Below are positions 33,530 to 43,023 of a stretch of 64,000 bases of DNA, piece after piece; the first letter of the stretch is position 1, and the number at the start of each line of letters is the position of its first letter. This DNA comes from Candidatus Obscuribacterales bacterium (GTDB taxonomy: Bacteria > Cyanobacteriota > Vampirovibrionia > Obscuribacterales > Obscuribacteraceae), in NCBI GenBank assembly GCA_965228855.1, contig CBDDIJ010000003.1, positions 128,001 through 192,000 on the forward strand. Direction: 5' to 3'. The translations under genes were made by a program, and so were the position numbers. The notes beneath the pieces were generated by a model. That model was not told where the DNA came from and did no database searches. It saw nothing but the letters and a program-made list of their open reading frames with translations.

Positions 33530-34210
33530 ATGGCTAAAATTCTACTCGTGGAAGACGATGACAGTCTTGCATTCTTGTTGAAAATGCAGTTGGAGCAATC
33601 GCGACACCTGATTGATGTGGCGCGCAGAGGGCTTGATGCACTTTCTCAGCTTCGAGGAAATTCGTCTTACGAACTGGTCATTCTCGACTGGATGCTGCCG
33701 GATATTGCGGGAGTCGATGTTTGCAAACAGTATCGGTCGTCCGGTGGACGTACTCCGGTCCTCATGCTGACGGCGAAGGGAACTGTCGAGGATAAGGCGA
33801 CTGGTTTAAACGCTGGTGCCGACGATTATCTAGTGAAACCTTTTCACCCGACGGAACTTGACGCCCGTGTCAATGCGCTATTAAGGCGTCCAGCTACCTA
33901 TGCGGGCAAGAAGCTGTCGATACGTGATATCGAATTAGATACCGCCTCTGGTACCGTTATGCGTGGCGGCAACGAAGTCGAGTTGACTGCGAAAGAGTTT
34001 AGTTTACTGGAACTTTTGATGCGTTATCCGGGTCAGAGCTTCTCTCTGGAAGCCATTCTCGATAGAGTTTGGGACAGCGACTCGGCAGCGTCGATTGATA
34101 CTGTTCGAACTCATATGAAAACCTTGAGAAAGAAAATCGGCGACAATAATGAGGCCGACGGCATCATTCGAACCAAGCGCGGACAGGGGTATCGCATAGT
34201 CGACCATTGA
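33530..34210 (+). CDS. OmpR-family response regulator
   Basis: ILLVEDD, LDWMLP, GADDYLVKPF, HMKTLRKK, RGQGY. Confidence 0.95.
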   Translation: MAKILLVEDDDSLAFLLKMQLEQSRHLIDVARRGLDALSQLRGNSSYELVILDWMLPDIAGVDVCKQYRSSGGRTPVLMLTAKGTVEDKATGLNAGADDYLVKPFHPTELDARVNALLRRPATYAGKKLSIRDIELDTASGTVMRGGNEVELTAKEFSLLELLMRYPGQSFSLEAILDRVWDSDSAASIDTVRTHMKTLRKKIGDNNEADGIIRTKRGQGYRIVDH

Positions 34211-34226
34211 GCCTGCGAAGAAACCG

Positions 34227-36371
34227 ATGTCAAAGCTATCTCAGCAAATTAAGAAGTGGATTTCGGTGTTTGACACACCGACCATAACCACGATAGCTAT
34301 TTTCTTGACTGTCATTTTACTGATGCACATCGGTCAGATCTCCGTCAGGGAATGCTTCAAGAGGCTAGAAGACACGGGCATCTCGCAACAACGATTATCT
34401 ATTCTGACGACGCTCGACCAAATCAAATACTATCTATCGAAGGCAGAAGCCTCGGAGATTGCGTACATCTGGTCGAACCAGAAGAAATATCTTGACCAAT
34501 ATAATGCCAACTTTGCTACGGTAGACCAACACGTCGCAGAGCTTGATATGCGTCTTCACGGCAAGCATAGAATGATTTCCGACGAGATTCGGGAGTACAT
34601 TCGTGTGCGACGTGAATGCGCCGAAGAGGTTATCGCGCTGCGACAAAAAGAAGGATTAGAGGCTGCGGTTGCTCATGGAGAACGCCTTGGCGAGGCAACT
34701 GTAACGAAGCACCTCGAGGTCATGGTCGACGATCTAGCTAACCGCGCCGACCTCGAGTTTCAGCTACAGGGAAGAGAACTCGATAACGGAAGTCGAACGG
34801 CAATATACGGTATCTTCCTTTTGATGATTGTTGCGCTTGTTATTTTAGTTGTCGTTATCGCAATCGTTAATCGTTACGTCAACGAACGGAAGAACGCAGA
34901 GCTGTCTCTTCGCGATGCGGAACGTAGATTCCGAGCGGTTTTCAATCAGACCTTCCAGTTTAGCGGCTTGCTGTCACCGGATGGCATTGTGCTTGAGGCA
35001 AATCAGTCTGCTGTAGATTTCGCTGGTGGAAACCTGCAAACTGTTCAAGAGAAATATTTTTGGGACACGCCCTGGTGGTCTTATTCAGTGGATGTGCAGA
35101 ACCAGCTCAAAGACGCGATTCGGAGAGCCGCGAAGGGCGAGATGGTGCGCTTCGAATCTGCCGTCGAAGGTTCGAGTGGTGACCGTGCCACTGTAGACTT
35201 TTCAGTCAAGCCTATCAAGGAAGAGAACGGAGATGTTTCTTTCTTGATCGCCGAAGCAAGAGATATAACCGAGCGGGTTAGAGCTGAAGAAGCGCTGGCC
35301 GAGCGTGAAGCGCGAATGCGCGCTATTGTAGACACTGCGCCTGATGGAATTGTTACCGTGAATTCTGATGGGACGCTTGAGTCTTTGAACCGGTCGCTGG
35401 AGCGACTGTTGGGATATAAATCTGAAGATCTGATCGGTCACGATGTTAACGCAATTCTTCCACACTTGTTGTCCGGCGGTGATGAAGGTGAAAATAGTCC
35501 ACTGAGGACGGGGGAGCGCCGTATCTTTGGCGTCGGACGGGAGTTCTTCGGAGTGAAGAAGGACGGCGAAAAGGTTCCGGTGGAAGTTTCGCTCAGTGTG
35601 ATCAATCTGGGAAATCAGCAAATTTTGACTGGTATCGTCCGCGATATTACGGAGAGAAAGGAAGCTGAACAGCGAGTAAAGGATTTTTATTCGACAGTTT
35701 CTCATGAATTGAGAACGCCACTTACGGCAATACGCACCGCTCTCGGTATCATGGAGCATTCGTTCATGGGCGAGTTGACTGAACAGGCTCGCCCGGTTGT
35801 TCAAGTCGCGAGCAAGGAAACCGATCGTCTGATTCGGCTAATCAACGACATTTTGGACATCAGAAAGATCGAAGCTGGCAAGCTTGATTTGAAACTGAAG
35901 AAACTTGACCCTCGCGAAATCATTAATAGGGCAATCGACGGAGTCAACACCCTAGCTGATGAGGCCGGGATAAAACTGGAGAAAGAGTTGCCTGAGACAA
36001 GACGCATTCTCGCTGACGAGGACAGGCTTCAGCAGGTCCTGACCAATCTTCTGTCCAACGCGATCAAATGGTCGCCTGTTGATGGTGTTGTGAAAATTAC
36101 TATAAAGGAAATCGATCAGCGTTGTCGTTTCGAGGTCATGGATGAAGGTCCAGGAATACCTGAGGACGAAATTGATAAGTTATTCGGACGATTTCAGCAA
36201 GTCTCCTCGCGCGATGATCGTTCTCGTGGAGGTACCGGGCTGGGCTTGGCGATCGCAAAGGCAATCGTTGAGCAGCACGGTGGTGACATCGGAGTCGAAC
36301 TTCAGAACGGGGATGGTAAAGGTTCGATGTTCTGGTTCGAATTGCCGCTTGAATTGAAGTTGTCTGCGTGA
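34227..36371 (+). CDS. Sensor histidine kinase (CHASE3-like periplasmic domain, two PAS domains)
   Basis: Two TMs, PAS/PAC ends ARDITER and VRDITERK, SHELRTPL, NLLSNAIK, GGTGLGL. Confidence 0.95.
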   Translation: MSKLSQQIKKWISVFDTPTITTIAIFLTVILLMHIGQISVRECFKRLEDTGISQQRLSILTTLDQIKYYLSKAEASEIAYIWSNQKKYLDQYNANFATVDQHVAELDMRLHGKHRMISDEIREYIRVRRECAEEVIALRQKEGLEAAVAHGERLGEATVTKHLEVMVDDLANRADLEFQLQGRELDNGSRTAIYGIFLLMIVALVILVVVIAIVNRYVNERKNAELSLRDAERRFRAVFNQTFQFSGLLSPDGIVLEANQSAVDFAGGNLQTVQEKYFWDTPWWSYSVDVQNQLKDAIRRAAKGEMVRFESAVEGSSGDRATVDFSVKPIKEENGDVSFLIAEARDITERVRAEEALAEREARMRAIVDTAPDGIVTVNSDGTLESLNRSLERLLGYKSEDLIGHDVNAILPHLLSGGDEGENSPLRTGERRIFGVGREFFGVKKDGEKVPVEVSLSVINLGNQQILTGIVRDITERKEAEQRVKDFYSTVSHELRTPLTAIRTALGIMEHSFMGELTEQARPVVQVASKETDRLIRLINDILDIRKIEAGKLDLKLKKLDPREIINRAIDGVNTLADEAGIKLEKELPETRRILADEDRLQQVLTNLLSNAIKWSPVDGVVKITIKEIDQRCRFEVMDEGPGIPEDEIDKLFGRFQQVSSRDDRSRGGTGLGLAIAKAIVEQHGGDIGVELQNGDGKGSMFWFELPLELKLSA

Positions 36372-36693
36372 GAGCGCGGCGCTTCCTGTTGTAGCAGGGC
36401 AGGTCTGAGCCTGAGGCGTTCTCTCTAAGTGCGTATAGCGCATTGTTCAATTCAAACCTGGCACCTTCAATTGTGCACGATTTGTGCATTCTAGTTTCAC
36501 CAATCGCCCCCAAGTTGAGCGTAGATTGTTAATGTGAGCCGACGAACCACACACACGATTCGCAGAACTCACATCTTACTATCGACCAACCTTACTACTC
36601 GCTAGCCGCCTGACCGCATAACTGTTTCATTCGAACCAGAATCTGGTTTCTGCGGCTCTGGCTTGCTCCCGCCGTTCGCCCGGAGGAATTACA

Positions 36694-37926
36694 ATGTCAA
36701 ACAATCCCGCACAAAACCTTGAAAGTTCACTTTCTCATCATCATGGTATCGAGGCTCCGCAGCCCATTCGCGATGCTGCTGCAAACGCCTGGACACCAGA
36801 GAGTCATAAAAATGTGTTCAATCCTCCGGACGCGTCAAACACCGAAAGGGCCTTTCAGGGAAACGATGACGCAGCGAATGCTTTCCTTGCGAAAGCCTTT
36901 GGAACCTCTCCTCTCGGTGATGCCGCTCAACCAAAACATATACGCGAATTCAATTCCGGAACCAATGCGCTCGACCGCTCCGGTGGAAATTTGCAGGACG
37001 CCCTCTGCTCCATTAATGGTGGCAACGTAGATGGTGCCATTCGTGATATCACTCGTGCAATGCAAAATTCTGATCGGGGAGTCGACTCAATGAAGGAAGG
37101 CATTGAAGCGGTACGTGGTCAGACCGCCGCTAAAGGCGATATCAAGGATGGCCTGCGAGATGTAGGTTATGGAAAAAACGAAATGCAAAATGCCATCGAT
37201 TCTCTGAAGAGTGGAAATACTGCCGAGGCTAAGGAGGCTATTCAGGCAGCTCTTCTTAATCTGAGCGATGGGAAAGAGCAAATAGGTTTCGGCGTTAGCG
37301 ACATCGTGAATTATAAACCGGCACCAAAAGTCGATTCACCAGCGCCGGATAAACCTGAAACGCCATCGAAGCCCGAATCTCCATCGACTCCTGATTCGCC
37401 TTCCACGCCAGAAACGCCATCGAAGCCGGATGTGCCGGTTACACCAGAGGTGCCTGAGAAACCTGACCCTAAGTACCCGGTTGATGCGCATATGAAAGAG
37501 TTGCGTGATAGCGGAAGACATTTTGGTCATACCAAAGAAGGCCTTGATGATGCTCTGGTGCTGCTGGCACGAGGCGATAATAACGGCGCAATCAAGAAGC
37601 TTGGATCGAGTCTTAGAGAAGTCACCGAGGGAATTGGTGACCTCAAATATGGTGCCAATGGTGGCAACGAACACGGTATTCCTGACGGCAATGTCGAAGC
37701 CGGCAACTACTTCGACCGCAGCGGCAGAGACGCCTCCGATACAAGGAAAGGCATAATCGATGCGCTCAGTCATGTTCAGAACGGTGACAGCGATCAGGCT
37801 ATCGATACGCTCGTCAAAAGCATCAAAGCAATCATCAGCGCGCACAAGTCAGTCGATAAGGGTTATGAATTGCTCAAAGACGACGACAAAGCCGACCCGC
37901 GCGTGCGTTCCCGCGGCATGGCATAA
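36694..37926 (+). CDS. Hypothetical protein with four ~49-aa helical repeats and a Pro-rich linker
   Basis: Strong SD GGAGG; repeats of the form L.DAL..I..G...AI..I; (PETPSK)-type linker; followed by a terminator. Confidence 0.85.
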   Translation: MSNNPAQNLESSLSHHHGIEAPQPIRDAAANAWTPESHKNVFNPPDASNTERAFQGNDDAANAFLAKAFGTSPLGDAAQPKHIREFNSGTNALDRSGGNLQDALCSINGGNVDGAIRDITRAMQNSDRGVDSMKEGIEAVRGQTAAKGDIKDGLRDVGYGKNEMQNAIDSLKSGNTAEAKEAIQAALLNLSDGKEQIGFGVSDIVNYKPAPKVDSPAPDKPETPSKPESPSTPDSPSTPETPSKPDVPVTPEVPEKPDPKYPVDAHMKELRDSGRHFGHTKEGLDDALVLLARGDNNGAIKKLGSSLREVTEGIGDLKYGANGGNEHGIPDGNVEAGNYFDRSGRDASDTRKGIIDALSHVQNGDSDQAIDTLVKSIKAIISAHKSVDKGYELLKDDDKADPRVRSRGMA

Positions 37927-37948
37927 ACGGTTTTTCCAAAGAGCGAGC

Positions 37949-37982
37949 AGGCAACGTCGGCGAAAGTCGGCGTTTGTCTTTT
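37949..37982 (+). terminator. Rho-independent terminator
   Basis: AGGCAACGTCGGC-GAAA-GTCGGCGTTTGTCT (with G-U pairs) plus a T tract. Confidence 0.7.
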
Positions 37983-38029
37983 GGTGCTGCTCTGTAGATT
38001 CTGTTTTTCGCCTGGGTATAAGAAGAGGC

Positions 38030-39880
38030 ATGAAGCTTACCAAGCAAGGCTTTCTTATCGTCGGACTAATTTTAGTCGTGGAAGTGTGCTTCCTCGGCTA
38101 TTTGAAGTTGAAACTGGACGAGACCGAAGCTGCCAATGAGCAATACGAATATGGAATGGAAGTCGTAACTCGCACGCAGGGTGTGCTTAAGATCTTTGTC
38201 GACAGCACTCATAATCTGGCAATGTATGCGATATCGCGAAACGAAGAACAAGGTAAGCAGTATGACGATGCTGTTAAAAACATCGAGCCTGATTTGCGCG
38301 CCTTGCAAAAACTGGCTAAACGACAGCCGGAGATTGAAAAGAAAGTAGCTAGAATCTCCAAGCTTGCGATGGAGGCTTCCGAGCAATTCTCTGCGGCGAA
38401 GAGAGAAATGGACGAAGGAGAGTTCGTTAATTTCACGCGGCTGCGCAAAAAGATTATGCCGATTCTCTCAAAGATTATGGCTGAGACAGAACCGTTTATC
38501 GCTGCACAGGAAAAGTACGCAAAGTCATTCAATCCCGAGCAAACTCGAAGAAGTCGTGAGCAAGCCTATTTCCTGATGTGGTGGGTCGGCGTTCCCATGA
38601 ATATCCTGCTTGCTGTTATTGCGATTGGCTGGTTTATGTCGAAAATCACTGGTCGCTTAGACATCTTGTCGGAAAACGCGAAGCGGATCGAAAGTGGCGA
38701 AGAATTGAAGCCGCCCATGGGTGGCGCCGATGAGATAAGCTCGTTAGACAGGGTGTTTCACGACATGGCGAAAGCCTTACGAGAGTCAGCCGAGAAGGAG
38801 CGACTTGCCACTGAGTTCATTAAGCTGAGCGAACAGGGGTTGAGAACGATTACAGATAATGTGCCGGTAGCTCTAATTACTGTCGATGAAAAGGGCGCTA
38901 TTGAGAGCATTAATCCGACAGGCGCCTCGATGTTCGCTTATCGAACCGATGAATTTTGGAATATGAATGTCGGTGACCTTTTCGAAATTGCTCCCCCGGT
39001 TTCTCAGGACTCTTTCGTCAAAGAGTTTGTAAGCAAAACAGAAACTCGACCAATCGAGATAACTGCTCGCACCAAAAGTGGTGGCAGCATTCCGGTAGAG
39101 CTGTCATTCAAGGAGTTCGAAACAAAGAAAGGCAAGCGCTTCCTCGCTACAGTTCTCGATATCACAGAACGTCACGAGATGGAACGATTAAAGCGAGAGT
39201 TCGTTGCGATGGTCAGCCATGACCTGCGCACGCCGCTTATGACGGTGCAGGCTTCGCTTTCGTTGTTGAACGAAGGCGCTCTTGGTGAGTTGCCTCCGGA
39301 AGCTGCGAAGATTTCTGGTAAAGCTGAAGTGCAAATCGAGCGTTTGCGCGAATTGGTTTCAAACCTGCTTGATCTTGCTCGCATCGAATCTGGTAAATTC
39401 GACGTGCAACCCTCGGAAGTTCTGCTAATGGACATTCTCGAAAACTCTGCAGACAGTGTTGCTGGATTGGCTCTAGAGCAGGGCGTGACGGTCGACGTGA
39501 AACATTCTGATTTTGAGGTACTCGGCGATGTGGACCGTTTGATTCAGGTCACGACGAACCTTTTGTCGAACGCTATCAAGTTCTCGGATACTGGCGCGAA
39601 GGTCGTTTTATACGCGGTCGAGAAAGACAAGGATTGGGTCGAAGTGCGAGTCCAGGACTTCGGAAGAGGGATACCAGAGGAGCAACAGGCGAAAATCTTT
39701 AGTCGATTTGAGCAGGTCGAGGAAGACGATTCTCGCAAGCTCAAAGGTCTTGGATTGGGTTTATCGATATGTCAGGCAATAATAGAAGGGCACGGCGGCG
39801 AGATCGGTGTGGATAGCGAAGTTGGTCACGGTAGCACGTTCTGGTATCGCGTAAGAAATGTGCCGGATGAAGGCAGCTGA
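38030..39880 (+). CDS. Sensor histidine kinase (periplasmic domain, HAMP, PAS)
   Basis: Start reassigned to MKLTKQG (ATG 38030). TM, HAMP (DEISSLDRVFHDM), PAS, SHDLRTPL, NLLSNAIKF, GLGLGL. Confidence 0.93.
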   Translation: MKLTKQGFLIVGLILVVEVCFLGYLKLKLDETEAANEQYEYGMEVVTRTQGVLKIFVDSTHNLAMYAISRNEEQGKQYDDAVKNIEPDLRALQKLAKRQPEIEKKVARISKLAMEASEQFSAAKREMDEGEFVNFTRLRKKIMPILSKIMAETEPFIAAQEKYAKSFNPEQTRRSREQAYFLMWWVGVPMNILLAVIAIGWFMSKITGRLDILSENAKRIESGEELKPPMGGADEISSLDRVFHDMAKALRESAEKERLATEFIKLSEQGLRTITDNVPVALITVDEKGAIESINPTGASMFAYRTDEFWNMNVGDLFEIAPPVSQDSFVKEFVSKTETRPIEITARTKSGGSIPVELSFKEFETKKGKRFLATVLDITERHEMERLKREFVAMVSHDLRTPLMTVQASLSLLNEGALGELPPEAAKISGKAEVQIERLRELVSNLLDLARIESGKFDVQPSEVLLMDILENSADSVAGLALEQGVTVDVKHSDFEVLGDVDRLIQVTTNLLSNAIKFSDTGAKVVLYAVEKDKDWVEVRVQDFGRGIPEEQQAKIFSRFEQVEEDDSRKLKGLGLGLSICQAIIEGHGGEIGVDSEVGHGSTFWYRVRNVPDEGS

Positions 39881-39933
39881 GTTTAGAGGATAGTTGGCTT
39901 CTGAGCAGCTGATGGAGTTTTGGAATTAGTTCG

Positions 39934-41772
39934 TTACAACATCGGCTCGCCGGTTCTGCGTTTCTGCAGCGCCTTTGCCGACATGAGGAAGCGGTAGTCA
40001 TCCATATCGGTCTTGCCTCCAGCAAGTGGCATGAATCCGTGTTTTTCTTTGAGCACGATCATGCCGATGCTTTCAGCCTTTCTCAGTTCCTGAACCGGGA
40101 TGTTAACGGACTGTAGCCAATAGTCACCAGGGCGGACCTTCGTGGGCAGAGGCGAGAAGTTGACTTGCTGTTCGTATATTTTATTGCCTTGCTTGTCTAG
40201 CAATTGGACGAACAAATAATAGTCCAGGCGTTGTTTCTTCTTTGCGCGCAGCAGCAATTCGACTTCTTCAGAGTTTTCCTTGCGATGGCTTACGACGCGT
40301 GAAATAACAAGATCATCTCCGATGGTAATTTCTTTGGCGAGATATTTGTCGATGCTCAGAAGTTTCAATACTTGGTTGTGATTCAATCGATCGATCATAG
40401 GGTGAAGGACGAGAACCATGCTAACCAAACACAGCAGTTCAGCTATCAGAAAGGCGCGCTTGTGTGGTGTTTTAAAAAACGCGAACACTTGCTTTTGAAG
40501 ACCGAAGTACACGACTTTCGAGTTTGCGTACAACTGATGAGCAAACCTCTTCATTTTATCCGCATCATCAACCACATTCGGTGGCGATACCGCTGAACTG
40601 TCAACTTCCGTTCTCGTTGGTAAACTTAAATCGGGAACCAGAATTGCTGTTGTAATCAAATGTCTTATTGGCCGTTCGACAACTACAAACAGCAAGTGAC
40701 TGACTATCAGCAGGAGAACGATAAACGCTGCCAGCGAGTAAATTGTGTTTTCCTGCGGTAAGTAGCATCGCCTGTACATCAAGAGCGGATAATGAATTAG
40801 ATAAACGGCGTAGCTTATGTCACCAAGAAGCACCATGGGTGGTAGCGCTAAAAGTTTTGATACCAAACCTCGACCAAATGCTGTTACCAGTATCAAAATA
40901 TTGAAGGACAGGAGCGGAACAATCGAATTCTTGAGCCAGAAAGCTCCAGCTTCTCCGACGTATGGCACCGCCGCATCAGATACTGGTACCGTGGAAAACA
41001 TACAGTCGATTGCAAATGCAAAAGCCATAAGCTCAAAGGCGGTACCAGACAATACAGCTTTGAAATCCGATGTCATCGCACTCTGAACGCCGGTTTTTAT
41101 GCGCGTAAATAGCGTCGCTGTCATCATTCCTGTGATGAACTCGAATATGCGAACAGCGGGGTTTATATACAGCAAACCTTCCATGTTCCATCCTGCTGCA
41201 TCTTCGGTCAGGTGGAAGTAGTTGCAGATAGCGATAAAACAGCAGATGATGAGAAACGACAGCCCAAGCGGCAACCAGAAGTTTTTTCGCAAGAGAATAA
41301 GCAATGTTGGAAAACAGAGGTAGAAGAAAAACTCTGCTGAGATTGACCAAGATGGTGCGTTGTAGGAAAAGAAAAATTGTGCAAACGGAACCCAGGCATG
41401 CAGCATGAGTATGTTGGTAAGCGCGACCAGAAATTTCGGTGCTGTTCCTGAAACAGTGACGAGCGCAGGCATTACTAGCGCTTTGTCGAGGAAGAACGCG
41501 GACACGTGCAGCGGCCATAATCGCGCTACTCTTTTTACCAGAAACTCTTTGGTACTTTTAAAATCGGGTAGCTGAGGATAGACGTAGGTGAGAATAAATC
41601 CGGACAACACAAAGAAGAATGTGACTGCCTGATTGAAGATCAACTTCTCCGGAAAATCATTGAGCGGGAGAAAATCGTTGCGCACATGTCCGATTACAAC
41701 CAAGAACGCCGCGAAGAAACGCAGCGCCGTTAAAGCGCCCAGCTTTTGCTCACCTTGTTGTTTGATACCCAA
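39934..41772 (-). CDS. Acyltransferase-3 family membrane O-acyltransferase with soluble C-terminal domain
   Basis: LTALRFFAAFLVVIGH, FFFVLSGF, KRVARLWP, WSISAEFFFY, LGDISYAVYLIH, VERP. Confidence 0.92.
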   Translation of the reverse strand: MGIKQQGEQKLGALTALRFFAAFLVVIGHVRNDFLPLNDFPEKLIFNQAVTFFFVLSGFILTYVYPQLPDFKSTKEFLVKRVARLWPLHVSAFFLDKALVMPALVTVSGTAPKFLVALTNILMLHAWVPFAQFFFSYNAPSWSISAEFFFYLCFPTLLILLRKNFWLPLGLSFLIICCFIAICNYFHLTEDAAGWNMEGLLYINPAVRIFEFITGMMTATLFTRIKTGVQSAMTSDFKAVLSGTAFELMAFAFAIDCMFSTVPVSDAAVPYVGEAGAFWLKNSIVPLLSFNILILVTAFGRGLVSKLLALPPMVLLGDISYAVYLIHYPLLMYRRCYLPQENTIYSLAAFIVLLLIVSHLLFVVVERPIRHLITTAILVPDLSLPTRTEVDSSAVSPPNVVDDADKMKRFAHQLYANSKVVYFGLQKQVFAFFKTPHKRAFLIAELLCLVSMVLVLHPMIDRLNHNQVLKLLSIDKYLAKEITIGDDLVISRVVSHRKENSEEVELLLRAKKKQRLDYYLFVQLLDKQGNKIYEQQVNFSPLPTKVRPGDYWLQSVNIPVQELRKAESIGMIVLKEKHGFMPLAGGKTDMDDYRFLMSAKALQKRRTGEPML

Positions 41773-41882
41773 ATCGATAGTTTCTGGGAGGTCGGACTAA
41801 ACTCATAGAGCTTCTCAAGAGCGAGTTTGTTCCATTTAGCCACTGAGGACATTCTAACATTGTCCTCTTGAGTACTGTGCAG

Positions 41883-42746
41883 CTAGCGTTTCAGTCCGGC
41901 GGGAACGCCATTCGGGAATTCTTTTTCGATCGCTTCCTTGATTCGCTCGCTGCGGTTTTCAGGATTCGGGTGAGTACTGAAGAATTCGATTTGTCGGGAG
42001 CCGGAAGCTGCTTTCAGAACGTCCATGACGTCCAGCATCGCGTGTGGGTCGTATCCCGCTTGCGTCATGAATTTCACGCCCAGGCGATCGCTTTCCAACT
42101 CATCCTGTCTGCCGAATTTCATGGTTACCACTTGCCCGATCAGCGATGCCATCATCGCGCTGTTCCTGCTGTTCGGATCGTCTGGGTCATAGGTCGCAAG
42201 TACTGCCGCACCGGTGAGACCTTGCGTGAGCTGCTGCTTTGCGATGTGCTCGGCTGAGTGACGAGCGACCACGTGCCCGATCTCGTGACCGAGAACTCCG
42301 GCAATTTGCCCCTTCGTTTTCAGGCGCTTAAGAAGAGCTTCTGTGATGAAAACAGGTCCGCCCGGCAGCGCAAACGCGTTTACGGTCCGACTGTCATCCA
42401 GGACCTGGAAGCGAAAACGATACGGCGAGCGTTTCGCGTCGCTGTTTTGCACGAGTTCGTTTCCGATTTCATTTACCAGAGCTTGCGCAGCCGGATCATT
42501 CGCCGGACCGCCAAACTCACGTGACATCTGGGGCGCGGACTGCATACCCAGAGCGATTTCTTGTTTCGGAGAAATCGCGATGTGCTGTTTCTCATTAGTA
42601 ATGTCGTTGAATTGCGTTTGGCTGAAGTATGTGATGATTGAAAATAGTGCCACCACGGCTGCGATAATCAGTTGAATTACAACCCGCGATCCGGTTCGGA
42701 CACTCGCTCCGTCACCGTCATAACCGCCTCGCCTTCCCCACGCCAT
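41883..42746 (-). CDS. M48-family Zn metallopeptidase
   Basis: VNAFALPGG, HEIGH, ELESD, STHP. Confidence 0.95.
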   Translation of the reverse strand: MAWGRRGGYDGDGASVRTGSRVVIQLIIAAVVALFSIITYFSQTQFNDITNEKQHIAISPKQEIALGMQSAPQMSREFGGPANDPAAQALVNEIGNELVQNSDAKRSPYRFRFQVLDDSRTVNAFALPGGPVFITEALLKRLKTKGQIAGVLGHEIGHVVARHSAEHIAKQQLTQGLTGAAVLATYDPDDPNSRNSAMMASLIGQVVTMKFGRQDELESDRLGVKFMTQAGYDPHAMLDVMDVLKAASGSRQIEFFSTHPNPENRSERIKEAIEKEFPNGVPAGLKR

Positions 42747-42819
42747 GCGCTTTCTCCTCGACGTTCAACGACTAAAATTTACCATCTGAACAAATCCAAC
42801 TGCATGTTCAGATTCAAAA

Positions 42820-42903
42820 CTAGTTAAGGAAGCCGAACATCCAGAGGGCGAGAATGACACCACCGGGAACTCCAAGCATCCAAAGTATAAAAGCTTTACC
42901 CAT
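42820..42903 (-). CDS. 27-aa single-TM small protein (MGKAFILWMLGVPGGVILALWMFGFLN), absent from the ORF track
   Basis: Read on the minus strand; AAGGAG SD 9 nt before the ATG; almost entirely hydrophobic. Confidence 0.75.
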   Translation of the reverse strand: MGKAFILWMLGVPGGVILALWMFGFLN

Positions 42904-43023
42904 GATTCTAAACTCCTTTTTCCTTCAAGAGCGGCTCGCTTGCCGACTCAACATGGGTTTAGTAGCAAAGGTTTGTCACATTGATGCCTGCCGCCAATTC
43001 TGACGGTGTTGGACGTTTGCTCT

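Noticed and set aside
37760..38029. Long N-terminal extensions in the ORF track that imply gene overlaps (also 10584-10697, 45526-45720, 58175-58282)
   Set aside because: They cross upstream genes or terminators, or lack an SD; downstream ATGs give normal N-termini.
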